64,000 nucleotides of DNA, from the IMG/VR virus record IMGVR_UViG_3300035208_002115; one strand, 5' to 3'. Positions 1-9,094 of the stretch are shown piece by piece. Made by a program: the position numbers and the translations under genes. The notes under the pieces are model-generated. The model did not search any database. It saw only the letters and a list, made by a program, of their open reading frames with translations, and had not been told where the DNA came from. The stretch is from a virus (lineage: Duplodnaviria > Caudoviricetes). The first letter of the stretch is position 1, and each line of letters starts with the position of its first letter.

Positions 1-26
1 ATTAATGAATTAATAAATTATGTACT

Positions 27-161
27 ATGATTGAAAAAATTAAACGCAAGAAAGAGCTGACTAAAGCATTACAGGATTTTAGAAAACATTATCCATCTAT
101 AACAAGTGCTGATATCCAGACATTTATATTAGGGTGGGAAGCTGCTGAAAAAAGCATTTAA
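27..161 (+). CDS. small hypothetical protein (44 aa)
   Basis: Hand translation MIEKIKRKK...EKSI*, below the ORF-track cutoff. Confidence 0.55.
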   Translation: MIEKIKRKKELTKALQDFRKHYPSITSADIQTFILGWEAAEKSI

Positions 162-179
162 TTAAAATAAAATAATATT

Positions 180-509
180 ATGGAAGAAAAAATAATAGGC
201 AGTATTAAGACTGCTAAAATTCAGGAAAAATTTGGTTGTGTTATAATATTCATAACTGATGATAATGTAATTAAAGAAGATAATGTTATGATTAATTTTG
301 AAGAACATTATCATTATTTCGAAGTTAAAGACATTGAAATAACTGATGATAATAAACTTTTAGTTGAAGCTTATGAAGTTGGTTATTGGGCAACTAAGTT
401 TGATAAAAATGAAGAATTCGATTTACGGTCATTAACTGATATTAGTGTTGCGTTAATTAAAGATAGGGTTACACTTTCTAAAATTAATGATATGTCTTGC
501 TGGTGTTAA
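180..509 (+). CDS. hypothetical protein
   Basis: ORF track, A-rich leader. Confidence 0.7.
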   Translation: MEEKIIGSIKTAKIQEKFGCVIIFITDDNVIKEDNVMINFEEHYHYFEVKDIEITDDNKLLVEAYEVGYWATKFDKNEEFDLRSLTDISVALIKDRVTLSKINDMSCWC

Positions 510-646
510 ATTATTGCGGTATCCGAAAAGCATAAAGAGTAGGTATATTAGAATCTTTTTATTAAAATATGTTAAATATTTTTTTTATAATAATAATTTG
601 ATTATTTTTGAAACTTTATTAGTTTATAAAACGTAAATAATAACAG

Positions 647-657
647 GTTCTTTAACA
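647..657 (+). promoter_or_regulatory. boxA-like antitermination element
   Basis: GTTCTTTAACA, near-identical to rrn boxA (GCTCTTTAACA), 8 nt upstream of the tRNA-like gene. Confidence 0.6.
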
Positions 658-665
658 TTTTTAAT

Positions 666-851
666 CGGGCGATAGCTCAGTTGGTTCAGAGCGCATACAT
701 CAGTCTTCGGATTGGACAGATGAAATTACCTAATTATATAATTAAGAGTGGAGTGAGTGAGTAATTGACACACATGAATCTCAGAACATGTAAGGTGGTA
801 ATTTCAAATGTTACTTGTGTGAGGTCGGGGGTTCGAATCCTTCTCGCTTGA
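666..851 (+). tRNA. tRNA-like RNA with a 118-nt structured insert in place of the anticodon loop; isotype undetermined
   Basis: Acceptor CGGGCGA(666-672)/TCGCTTG(844-850), D arm GCTC-AGTTGGTTCA-GAGC, anticodon stem CATAC(694-698)/GTGTG(817-821), variable AGGTC, T arm GGGGG-TTCGAAT-CCTTC, discriminator A851, no encoded CCA. Confidence 0.8.
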
Positions 852-871
852 CTATTTAAAATAAAAAAGTC

Positions 872-1093
872 ATGAAAGATTTCATGTATAAAAAAAGTAA
901 AACTGCTGATGAGTTAAAAAAAATGATTGAAAAATCTTTTGAAACTCACACAATATCCAGAGACAATTATGATAAAATAATGCATCATGCATTGGAAGAT
1001 TCTCATTTAGATAGAGAAGAAGCTGCTTTACTTGCACAATTTCATGAAATGATTGACCAAAAAGATATACGGTTTATTGTGGATAAATCTTAA
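872..1093 (+). CDS. hypothetical protein
   Basis: ORF track. Confidence 0.7.
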   Translation: MKDFMYKKSKTADELKKMIEKSFETHTISRDNYDKIMHHALEDSHLDREEAALLAQFHEMIDQKDIRFIVDKS

Positions 1094-1097
1094 ATAA

Positions 1098-1631
1098 ATG
1101 GAAAAAACTATCAGAAAAACAAACATCGGTGTTGTAAAGCAAATCCTCAACGAATGTAGATTTTCTGAAGGTTTTGATAATATTTCTATTTTAGAACCCT
1201 CTGCTGGTTCTGGTGATTTAATCGATGGTATATTAAAATTTCATTCTGGGACAGACCTCAACTTCGATTGTATCGAATTAAATCAGGAATTAAGAAATCA
1301 ATTAAAACAAAAAGGTTATAATGTTGTCGGTGAAGATTTTTTCAAATTTGATACCGAAAAACGTTATGATTATATTATTGCTTGTCCAAATTTCAAAGAT
1401 AATATTGATGTTGAACACATCATGCATATGTATAATTTTTTGAATTATTGTGGTAGCATAGTTTCTTTAACACATCCAGCATGGACTTTTCAAAATTCAG
1501 AACGCCAAGTTAAATTTAGGAAATGGCTGGAAGATAAAAAATATTATCTTAAAATGTTGCCAGATAATTCATTTATGGAAGAATATAAAACTCAACCATC
1601 AATGATTATTAAGATTGATAAGACAGTATAA
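1098..1631 (+). CDS. SAM-dependent (DNA adenine-type) methyltransferase-like protein
   Basis: Motif I ILEPSAGSG, CIELN, DFF; motif IV position reads ACPNF rather than NPPF. Confidence 0.7.
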   Translation: MEKTIRKTNIGVVKQILNECRFSEGFDNISILEPSAGSGDLIDGILKFHSGTDLNFDCIELNQELRNQLKQKGYNVVGEDFFKFDTEKRYDYIIACPNFKDNIDVEHIMHMYNFLNYCGSIVSLTHPAWTFQNSERQVKFRKWLEDKKYYLKMLPDNSFMEEYKTQPSMIIKIDKTV

Positions 1632-2119
1632 TGAAAAAAATAATAGTATATAAAGACCACGACAAACATCTATTTGGAAAAATATTCCAAATTAGATTAA
1701 AAGAGCCTTTGGGTCGTCCCGAATGCCCTTATCTCTATCGTTGGAGTTTAGTATTTTTTGGTTATACTATTCGTTTACACCACTGGATTAAATCGGATGA
1801 CCGTAGATTTTTTCATGACCATTCCTGTGATTTGATTTCAATCATTATAAAAGGTTATTACTATAATGTGATGCCCGATGAAAATGATAATCCCGTTGAA
1901 TATTTAGCCAAGGCTTGGAAACCCAGAAGAATGAAAGCTGAACAAAGACATTACCTTGATATACCAAAAGGTGGGGCTTGGACATTATTACTTTGTAGCC
2001 GACCCTATCTAAAATGGGGGTTTTTTGTTAACAATAAAAAAACTGGTGAATTAGTTAAATGGCGACCCCTAAGATATTTCAGTAAATATGGAATTATCCA
2101 AGACGAAAACTATCAATAA
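1631..2119 (+). CDS. cupin-like phage protein
   Basis: RLHHW..SDD...HDH...KGYY...H...WTL pattern. Confidence 0.5.
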   Translation: MKKIIVYKDHDKHLFGKIFQIRLKEPLGRPECPYLYRWSLVFFGYTIRLHHWIKSDDRRFFHDHSCDLISIIIKGYYYNVMPDENDNPVEYLAKAWKPRRMKAEQRHYLDIPKGGAWTLLLCSRPYLKWGFFVNNKKTGELVKWRPLRYFSKYGIIQDENYQ

Positions 2120-2174
2120 TTGGTAGTTTTTTGTTTTTAATTATATTTATTCAATATCCTAATATTTTATTTAA

Positions 2175-2182
2175 TATATTTG
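2175..2182 (+). promoter_or_regulatory. Bacteroidota housekeeping sigma -7 element
   Basis: TATATTTG matches TAnnTTTG; intergenic, 26 nt before ATG 2208. Confidence 0.5.
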
Positions 2183-2207
2183 TGGTAATAATAAGTATAT
2201 AAAAAAT

Positions 2208-2432
2208 ATGATATCTTATTTATCCACCTCTCAACAAGTAGAAGCTGTTAATTTATGGCAGAAATTTGACAGTGTTCAAAAATTTCACTGTAAAAATGAT
2301 ATTAATCATGGTAAATTATCGGTTGGTAATAACAAGGGTGTTATATTTTTATATTGTCAACATTGTAATTATGTGGAAGTAAATATACCAGAAATGATTT
2401 TTCAGAAATATTACTTATTAAAAGATTTGTAA
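2208..2432 (+). CDS. small Zn-binding hypothetical protein
   Basis: HC...H...CQHC. Confidence 0.6.
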   Translation: MISYLSTSQQVEAVNLWQKFDSVQKFHCKNDINHGKLSVGNNKGVIFLYCQHCNYVEVNIPEMIFQKYYLLKDL

Positions 2433-2698
2433 TGAATTTAAAAAAAGATATAGAAATTGATATCATTACTTATCTAAAAGATTATGGTTTTGAAAATTTT
2501 GAAATATCAAATATAAGAGAATGTGTATATAAATATTTAACAAAAACATATACTGTTTACGATTTTAATTTACGTTTAGCTGGAAACTCGCATACATATA
2601 GAATTAAAACTAATAAAATTAACGATTATTATTTGAGAAGAACCAGAAAATTAAAAATAGAAGAATTATTTGATATTGAATTAGAGGTTTTAGAATGA
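2432..2698 (+). CDS. hypothetical protein with RxxK[IL]xx[IL] tail
   Basis: C-terminal TRKLKIEELF. Confidence 0.7.
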   Translation: MNLKKDIEIDIITYLKDYGFENFEISNIRECVYKYLTKTYTVYDFNLRLAGNSHTYRIKTNKINDYYLRRTRKLKIEELFDIELEVLE

Positions 2699-2699
2699 T

Positions 2700-2727
2700 A
2701 AACTTTATTCATTATTTTGAATATATT
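2700..2727 (+). promoter_or_regulatory. AAAC-N18-TATA phage promoter-like motif
   Basis: AAAC 2700-2703, 18 nt, TATATT. Confidence 0.45.
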
Positions 2728-2741
2728 AAATAAAAATTATT

Positions 2742-3293
2742 ATGGATTTTCCTTCTTCTAAAAATAATTTTGATAAAGATTTAATAGATGCTAAGAAATA
2801 TGAACTTTTTGCATTAGAATATTTTCATAAAATTAAACATTATAATATCGTTGAAAATCGTAAAAATGAAGATTTAAAATTTTTCGATTTAATAGTATAT
2901 GATGATAATAATAACGTCCTATGTTTTATTGAGGTTAAGCACGATAAATATGTAGCAATGAATAATCACTTTGCCGTTGAATATGAGTCATGGAAAAAAC
3001 CATCTGGTATAGTAATAACTAAAGCTGAATATTTTATTTTTATTAGCTCCCTTCCTAAAAGTACACAGCATATAATGTATATTTTTAAAACTAAAGAATT
3101 ACGTAAATTTATAAAAAATAATAGGGGTAAACTGGATGCTAAAACTTGTCTTATTATTCAACCATGTATAGTTCAAAATGAAACTAACGCAAAATTTTTT
3201 AGAATTCATTTGGATTATCTTGTTGGTTTATATCAGAAAATAGATGTTACTAAATATGTTGATAATGGTTTATTAACAAACCCTGATTTATAA
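2742..3293 (+). CDS. PD-(D/E)XK nuclease-like protein
   Basis: E...FDL...IEVKHD motif. Confidence 0.55.
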   Translation: MDFPSSKNNFDKDLIDAKKYELFALEYFHKIKHYNIVENRKNEDLKFFDLIVYDDNNNVLCFIEVKHDKYVAMNNHFAVEYESWKKPSGIVITKAEYFIFISSLPKSTQHIMYIFKTKELRKFIKNNRGKLDAKTCLIIQPCIVQNETNAKFFRIHLDYLVGLYQKIDVTKYVDNGLLTNPDL

Positions 3294-3301
3294 AGTTAGA
3301 T

Positions 3302-3604
3302 ATGAAAATATATAACACATCATTACATTTAAAAGCAAAAGAATTTCTTTTAGATGAAGGTTTAAGTGGGGTTAAAATAATATATGTTAAACAGAACATA
3401 TATAGTAAGACAGAAATTTTCACACAAAAAAATAAAAATATAAAAAACCTTGAATATTTGATTTATGAGATTGGGTATGTTTGTTCTAATTTTAATAGAT
3501 TTCATATTTACAAAATAAAATGTGAAAAACTTGAACAATATATTACACAAAGAATGAAAAAATTAAAAGAGTTGTTTGAATATGACCCAGATTTTACAAT
3601 TTAG
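3302..3604 (+). CDS. hypothetical protein with RxxK tail
   Basis: C-terminal QRMKKLKELF. Confidence 0.65.
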   Translation: MKIYNTSLHLKAKEFLLDEGLSGVKIIYVKQNIYSKTEIFTQKNKNIKNLEYLIYEIGYVCSNFNRFHIYKIKCEKLEQYITQRMKKLKELFEYDPDFTI

Positions 3605-4004
3605 AGGTGAATATAGATTTTTATCTAATTTTCATCCAGTTAATATAGAGTACGAAGGAATAGAATACCCTTCAACAGAACATGCATATCAGGCTTGTAA
3701 ATCAACTGATGAAAATACCCGAATATTGGTTTCTAAAATGTCAACCAAGGATGCTAAAGATTTCGGAAAAAACGTGAAATATAGAGATGATTGGGTTGAT
3801 GTTAAAGTCCCATTGATGAAAAATTTATTGATGTTAAAATTTCAGAATGAAGAATTAAAACAAAAACTACTCGCCACTGGAGATGATTATATTGTAGAAG
3901 GTAACGATTGGGGTGATACATTCTGGGGAGTTTGTAATGGTCGAGGTCATAATATGCTTGGAGTTTTATTAATGTATGTCAGATGGCACTATAAAACTTT
4001 ATAA
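3576..4004 (+). CDS. ybiA: NADAR (YbiA-like) ADP-ribose/N-glycoside hydrolase
   Basis: FLSNF, YPSTEHAYQA.K, KF.Q...LL.TG...VEG...D.FWG...G.N.LG..LM. Confidence 0.9.
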   Translation: MNMTQILQFRGEYRFLSNFHPVNIEYEGIEYPSTEHAYQACKSTDENTRILVSKMSTKDAKDFGKNVKYRDDWVDVKVPLMKNLLMLKFQNEELKQKLLATGDDYIVEGNDWGDTFWGVCNGRGHNMLGVLLMYVRWHYKTL

Positions 4005-4005
4005 T

Positions 4006-4638
4006 ATGTTTAATATAGAAAGATACAAAGAATACGAAATTAAATTGATGCCTAATTTTTTTGAAATTCAGACACCAATACTACAATTAAATAAAAAATA
4101 TAATGATAAACCATATAAATTATTTGTCACATACTTTTTAAATGACCAAGGAAAAATTGATATTGTTAAAATATCTTCCTCGTTAATAAATTATATTAGT
4201 TCATGTAAACGAGGTTTCTATGGTACAAGTGAAGGATATTTTTTATCTTATTTAGATGATGAAGTAAAATTTTATTATGCGAATTCCGATAAATCAGATA
4301 TACAATTTGACCCATATATTATGGGTAATGACACAAAAGTGAATGAAGAAGTAGCAGAGAAATATAAAAGATATAATGATGTAGTATTTTATGACCGTTT
4401 TATGTTACATGATGTAAAGTGTGGGTATAATCTCACATTTAAAACAACGGACGTACAAGGATTTATGAAATTTTATAATATTGGTTTGAAAAAATGTGAG
4501 TCACTTTATAAAGAGGGTGATGATAAAAATAAAATATTATCTTTGTATGATGGTGTTTATCAATTAAAAGATTATGATAAATATGTTTTGAATGAAGAAC
4601 GAAAAGCTAAAATAAAATCTATAATTCCTGAGATATGA
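4006..4638 (+). CDS. hypothetical protein with RxxK tail
   Basis: ORF 3976-4638, more likely start ATG 4006; ends ERKAKIKSII. Confidence 0.7.
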   Translation: MFNIERYKEYEIKLMPNFFEIQTPILQLNKKYNDKPYKLFVTYFLNDQGKIDIVKISSSLINYISSCKRGFYGTSEGYFLSYLDDEVKFYYANSDKSDIQFDPYIMGNDTKVNEEVAEKYKRYNDVVFYDRFMLHDVKCGYNLTFKTTDVQGFMKFYNIGLKKCESLYKEGDDKNKILSLYDGVYQLKDYDKYVLNEERKAKIKSIIPEI

Positions 4639-5546
4639 AAGAATTAGTATTGGAAGTTTTTAAGAAGTTTAATATCAATCCAAATGAACTTCTTCGATAT
4701 GATGAACCTCACCGATTTTATCATAACTGGAATCATATTGAATATATGTTATTAAAAGCCCAAGAACAAGGTATATTATCAGATGAATTATTATTAGCTA
4801 TTATATTTCATGATATAATTTATAATCCTAAAAACAAGGATAATGAAGAAAAATCAGCCGAATTATTTAGGCTATATGTAGAGAATGATGAAATAAAATA
4901 TGCTATTTTGGATACTAAAGACCATGTTCCAAATAGTTATTTGTCTACGTTACTATGTAGATTGGACTTGGATGTATTATATTCAGATATTGAAACATTC
5001 ATTAAATTTGAAGATGCAATATTCAAAGAATATCAATTTATCGATTACAAAAAATATAAAGAACACCGACTTAAAATTCTTGAAAATTATAATTTGAAAC
5101 CAGAGTTTTTAGATTATATTAAATATAAAAAGCCAAATATTGCTGTTTATGCAGGTACGTTTTCGCCTTTTCACCGAGGACATTTGAATATTTTAGAAAA
5201 AGCGGAAAAAATATTTGATAAAGTAATTATTGCAAGGGGTATTAACACTGAAAAAAATAATGTTTTAATTGAATTACCAGAAATAATAAAATCCAGACAA
5301 GTAGAATTTTATGATGGGTTGTTGACGGATTTTCTTGACACCCTTGAATATGATGTTACTTTAATCAGGGGATTGCGAAACATTACAGACCTGCAATATG
5401 AATTAACACAGTATAGGTTTCTTCAGGATTTAAAACCTAATATCAAGGTTGTTTCTATATTTTGTGATAAAGAATATGAACATATTAGTAGTTCTGCAAT
5501 AAGGTTATTGGAAAAATATAATAAATCAGATAAATATTTATTATGA
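4635..5546 (+). CDS. coaD: HD-domain / phosphopantetheine adenylyltransferase (CoaD-like) fusion
   Basis: N-terminal RYDEPHRFYHNWNHI...FHD..Y...NEEKSA; C-terminal YAGTFSPFHRGH, IRGLR...D..YE, ISSSAIR. Confidence 0.8.
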   Translation: MKELVLEVFKKFNINPNELLRYDEPHRFYHNWNHIEYMLLKAQEQGILSDELLLAIIFHDIIYNPKNKDNEEKSAELFRLYVENDEIKYAILDTKDHVPNSYLSTLLCRLDLDVLYSDIETFIKFEDAIFKEYQFIDYKKYKEHRLKILENYNLKPEFLDYIKYKKPNIAVYAGTFSPFHRGHLNILEKAEKIFDKVIIARGINTEKNNVLIELPEIIKSRQVEFYDGLLTDFLDTLEYDVTLIRGLRNITDLQYELTQYRFLQDLKPNIKVVSIFCDKEYEHISSSAIRLLEKYNKSDKYLL

Positions 5547-6031
5547 AAAAGAAATTCAGAGAAATAACGATAAATAACAAAAAATATGGTTGGACTCTTA
5601 GAAATAATTGTGATGGTGATGGTGGGGACTGTGTTGAAATTTGGTGTGATAAAAAAGTCATACATCGTGAAATTATATCAGGTCATCTTAATGTTACACC
5701 TAAAATGATTTCTAATTTTATCATTGATTCAACAAATCAAACATATTTAAAAAAATATGCAAAATATCTGGCAAATGAACTGAAAAGTATTAATGATATT
5801 TACGGTGACATATATAAAAAATTAAACGGTGACATATATAAAAAATTAATTGAATTATCTATCAATGGCTCTGATAAACTAAAATCAGAGTTTGAAAAAT
5901 CGTTAATGTCAATTAGAACTATAATAATTATATATGCAAAAACAGATAATTATAATTTGACTTTAAAAACTTATGAAGAATTTGAAAAAATTTCTTCTCG
6001 GAAAGAAAAAATAGATAGTTTATATGATTAA
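5543..6031 (+). CDS. hypothetical protein with RxxK tail
   Basis: Ends SRKEKIDSLYD. Confidence 0.7.
   Translation: MKKKFREITINNKKYGWTLRNNCDGDGGDCVEIWCDKKVIHREIISGHLNVTPKMISNFIIDSTNQTYLKKYAKYLANELKSINDIYGDIYKKLNGDIYKKLIELSINGSDKLKSEFEKSLMSIRTIIIIYAKTDNYNLTLKTYEEFEKISSRKEKIDSLYD
5802..5849 (+). repeat. exact 24-nt tandem duplication (in-frame GDIYKKL repeat)
   Basis: acggtgacatatataaaaaattaa x2. Confidence 0.9.
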
Positions 6032-6257
6032 CCAATCAGTTTATTTTTTAATAGATTCTAATAAAATTATATATGATACACATACAGAAAGAGAATATTA
6101 TGTTTTATCTATAAATAAACATCAGGCAACTTTAAGACCAGTTGGGACAAGTAAGAAAAAATATTTCAGTGTTCCAAATTTTTATGAGAGATTCACAGCA
6201 GATAAAAATGAAATACGGAGATTGAAAATAAAACAGATTTTGGGTGATGATGAGTAA
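6024..6257 (+). CDS. hypothetical protein with RxxK tail
   Basis: Ends EIRRLKIKQILG. Confidence 0.7.
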   Translation: MINQSVYFLIDSNKIIYDTHTEREYYVLSINKHQATLRPVGTSKKKYFSVPNFYERFTADKNEIRRLKIKQILGDDE

Positions 6258-6447
6258 TTATAATATATTTTATAATAGACATACATACAAACAATATCAC
6301 TATGTTAAATGCGATGGAAATGATGTTTATTTAGTCGAAGATGGTTGTAAAAATGTCATACAAATAGCTATTGTTGAATTTCTCACATGTTACACAAATA
6401 GTATAAATGAAATTCGGAAAATTAAAATTGAAAAAATTTTAAAATAA
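6244..6447 (+). CDS. hypothetical protein with RxxK tail
   Basis: Ends EIRKIKIEKILK. Confidence 0.7.
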   Translation: MMMSNYNIFYNRHTYKQYHYVKCDGNDVYLVEDGCKNVIQIAIVEFLTCYTNSINEIRKIKIEKILK

Positions 6448-6472
6448 AACATTTTATTTTCAAATATTTTTT

Positions 6473-6500
6473 AAACAAAAATTGTATTAAGGAATATAAG
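6473..6500 (+). promoter_or_regulatory. AAAC-N18-TATAAG phage promoter-like motif
   Basis: AAAC 6473-6476, 18 nt, TATAAG 6495-6500. Confidence 0.6.
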
Positions 6501-6514
6501 AAAATAAAAACATT

Positions 6515-7027
6515 ATGACAGATTTGTCTTGTTTAAGTATTGAATACTGTAAAAGGTTTTATGTTAGTGTTTTACCGTCCAGCTTAAATCTAAATGTTTT
6601 CCCCTTTAAAAAATATATGCTTGCTTTCCTAAATAAGGAAAGTGATAGTCTTGAAACGTATGCCGAGTGTGTTGATGAAACAGATTTTTCATTGAATATT
6701 AAAGATATTGGTACTATAAAAAGGAATCAAATAAGAATAAACATATCTCAGAGTGAATTTGAGGTTATGTATGCGGTTTCAAAACCCAAAGTGATACATT
6801 ATACCCAATATACCTTAAATGACTCTAAAAACAATCTTATCTCGTTAATTAAGTATGAAAATCTTTATGAAGATATAATGGTCGTGGAATATCGTAGTGA
6901 TATGATATCAATTCAAAGTTATATACCTGACCCTTGGTTTAAAAATGATATAACCAATGATTATAGGTATAATCCAATTTTCTTATCAGTGAATAAGAAA
7001 ATTATTGGAGAAAAAATGATTAAATAA
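6515..7027 (+). CDS. CYTH-like protein (divergent)
   Basis: IE..KRF.V, IS..EFE.MY, VVEY, P.WF..DIT.D.RY.; canonical ExExK incomplete. Confidence 0.55.
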   Translation: MTDLSCLSIEYCKRFYVSVLPSSLNLNVFPFKKYMLAFLNKESDSLETYAECVDETDFSLNIKDIGTIKRNQIRINISQSEFEVMYAVSKPKVIHYTQYTLNDSKNNLISLIKYENLYEDIMVVEYRSDMISIQSYIPDPWFKNDITNDYRYNPIFLSVNKKIIGEKMIK

Positions 7028-7029
7028 AA

Positions 7030-7755
7030 ATGTTAATAGGTGTGAGTGGTAAAATTAGTGTGAAAACAGTATATATTTACACTCTCAGTGACCCTCGTAA
7101 TAATTTAGTTAGGTATGTGGGTAAGACAAATAATCCAAATATGAGATTAAAAAATCATATGAATCGTAAACACAATGAAAAAACACATAAAACAAATTGG
7201 ATAGAATTATTAAAAAGGGAAAAAATAAAACCATTATTTGAAATAATTGATGAAGTATCTGTTTTAGAATGGAAATTCTGGGAAAAATTTTGGATTCAAT
7301 TAATGAATAGTTGGGGTTTTGATTTAGTTAATCATACTTGTGGTGGTGATGGTTTAACATATGGTAATCAAACATCATTTAAAAAAGGTAATATACCTTG
7401 GAATTATGATAAAGCTAATGAATTTATCTGTGAAATGTGTGGAAAAAAATTTACTGCATCACCCAACACGAATAGAAAATTTTGTAGTCAAAAATGTACT
7501 TCAAAATATAAAAGTAATAAACCTAATTCAGGAACATTTAAAAAAGGTAATATACCTTGGAATAAAGGTTTAAATATTGATATTAGTAATAGAAGTAAAT
7601 GTGTAGCACAATATGATATTGATGGTAATTTTATTGATAAATATCAAAATTGTAGAGTTGCATCTGAAAAATATAATTGTGATTCTGAAACTATAAGAAA
7701 TTGTTGCAATAATAAAACAAAAACAGCAAAAGGTTATATATGGAAATATTATTAA
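7030..7755 (+). mobile_element. free-standing GIY-YIG homing endonuclease with NUMOD-type DNA-binding repeats
   Basis: YIYTL.DPR...RYVGKT..P..R...H, E..WI, N; FKKGNIPWN x2; C-terminal VAQYD..G...KTAKGYIWKY. First 10 aa copy the dNMP kinase N-terminus. Confidence 0.8.
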
Positions 7756-7815
7756 TAATTAAAATTTATATCATTTATAATATTTATTAAATATTAAAAA
7801 ATAAAATAAAATAAA

Positions 7816-8429
7816 ATGAATAAAACAATTAAAAAACGACCCTATCTAATCGGGATTTCTGGTAAGATAGGGTCGGGTTAAATGGAAAAGATGCATTTTC
7901 TGAAAGAATTATTCAGTATTACGAAAAACAAGGGATTAAATTTGAAAACAAAAAATTTGCATACGATTTAAAATATATCGTATCTTATTTAACTGGTATA
8001 TCTATGGAAGAAGCTATGTCCAGAGAAGGTAAACTAAAATTTTTACCTGAGTGGGGGATGACAGTTGGTGAAATGCAGCAAAAAATAGGCACTGAAGCTA
8101 TTAGAAATAATCTTCATCATGATGCGTGGGTTTTATCATTGTTTTCAAAGTATCACCCTGAAGTTGATAATTGGGTTGTTTCGGATGTTAGATTTAAAAA
8201 CGAGGCTGATTATATCAAAAAAATGGGTGGTTTATTAATCAGGTTGAATGGTGACCCAACATCTCTAAGAGAAAATGACCAGAGAGATATGAATCATGCA
8301 TCAGAAATTGAACTCGATAATTATGATGGATTTGATTTAATATTTGAAAATAAACCACCAATTGAAAATTTAGACCGAATTATAGATGAGGTTGTTTTAA
8401 ACATGAACCGTTTATATGTTGCTTTATGA
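7816..8429 (+). CDS. deoxynucleoside monophosphate kinase (T4 gp1-like) interrupted in the P-loop; recoded or pseudogene
   Basis: 7816-7881 MNKTIKKRPYLIGISGKIGSG*; frame from 7884 GKDAF...FAYDLK...QKIGTEAIR...W...VSDVRFKNEA..IK..GG..I...H.SE..LD. Confidence 0.8.
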
Positions 8430-9094
8430 TAAATATTGAAACTGAAAAAATGTTCCTGAAAAAACTTAGAAATTTACAGGAAGAATTTGATAATAGAATT
8501 CTGGATTTGAAGAAAGAATTTTATAATTCACAAAAAGTAGAAACAGAAGTTAATACAGTTTCACTTACGAATTTGATTGTAGAAAAATCATCGACTAATT
8601 TGAAAATTGATACACTTAAAAAAAATAAGAAATCAAATGATGAATTATTATTTAAAATAGTAGATGATGAATTATACAAAGAACAAAAAATGATGTTCAA
8701 TCGAGAAGAAGATTTTATGTCTTATAATCATATTATCGGATATTATACAGTTGAACGGGATTTTAGAGATTATTGGTTTAGAAAAATAATATTTGACCAT
8801 TTTAATAGATTAAAAGAATTTTTTGATAATAATGATTTATCTTTTCTCGATTATAAGTCTATACTTGGTGGTGTTGGTATAAAAATCATAAAAACTAAGT
8901 CAAAAAGAAAGGAATACGCATATAAATCTTTTTCTTTTGAAGAATTAGAAAGTAAACTACAATATTATTACAGCACAAATAATAAAAAATGGTTTAGAAG
9001 ATTTTGGAATCAAATATCTGAATACAATCCAGATAAGGTAATATTATTGAAAATAAAATATAAACCCATATTATCAGCTTTAAATATAGTATAA
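8426..9094 (+). CDS. hypothetical protein
   Basis: ORF track, ATGA overlap. Confidence 0.7.
   Translation: MINIETEKMFLKKLRNLQEEFDNRILDLKKEFYNSQKVETEVNTVSLTNLIVEKSSTNLKIDTLKKNKKSNDELLFKIVDDELYKEQKMMFNREEDFMSYNHIIGYYTVERDFRDYWFRKIIFDHFNRLKEFFDNNDLSFLDYKSILGGVGIKIIKTKSKRKEYAYKSFSFEELESKLQYYYSTNNKKWFRRFWNQISEYNPDKVILLKIKYKPILSALNIV

Noticed and set aside
666-851. Canonical tmRNA or group I intron-containing tRNA
   Set aside because: Too short, retains a D-stem, the internal 14-codon ORF (720-764) lacks a tag-like end, and no P7/core motifs were found
7058-7883. Group I/II intron carrying the GIY-YIG ORF (GTGTG...AT ends)
   Set aside because: No catalytic core or domain V in the short AT-rich flanks, and joining those ends gives the wrong frame
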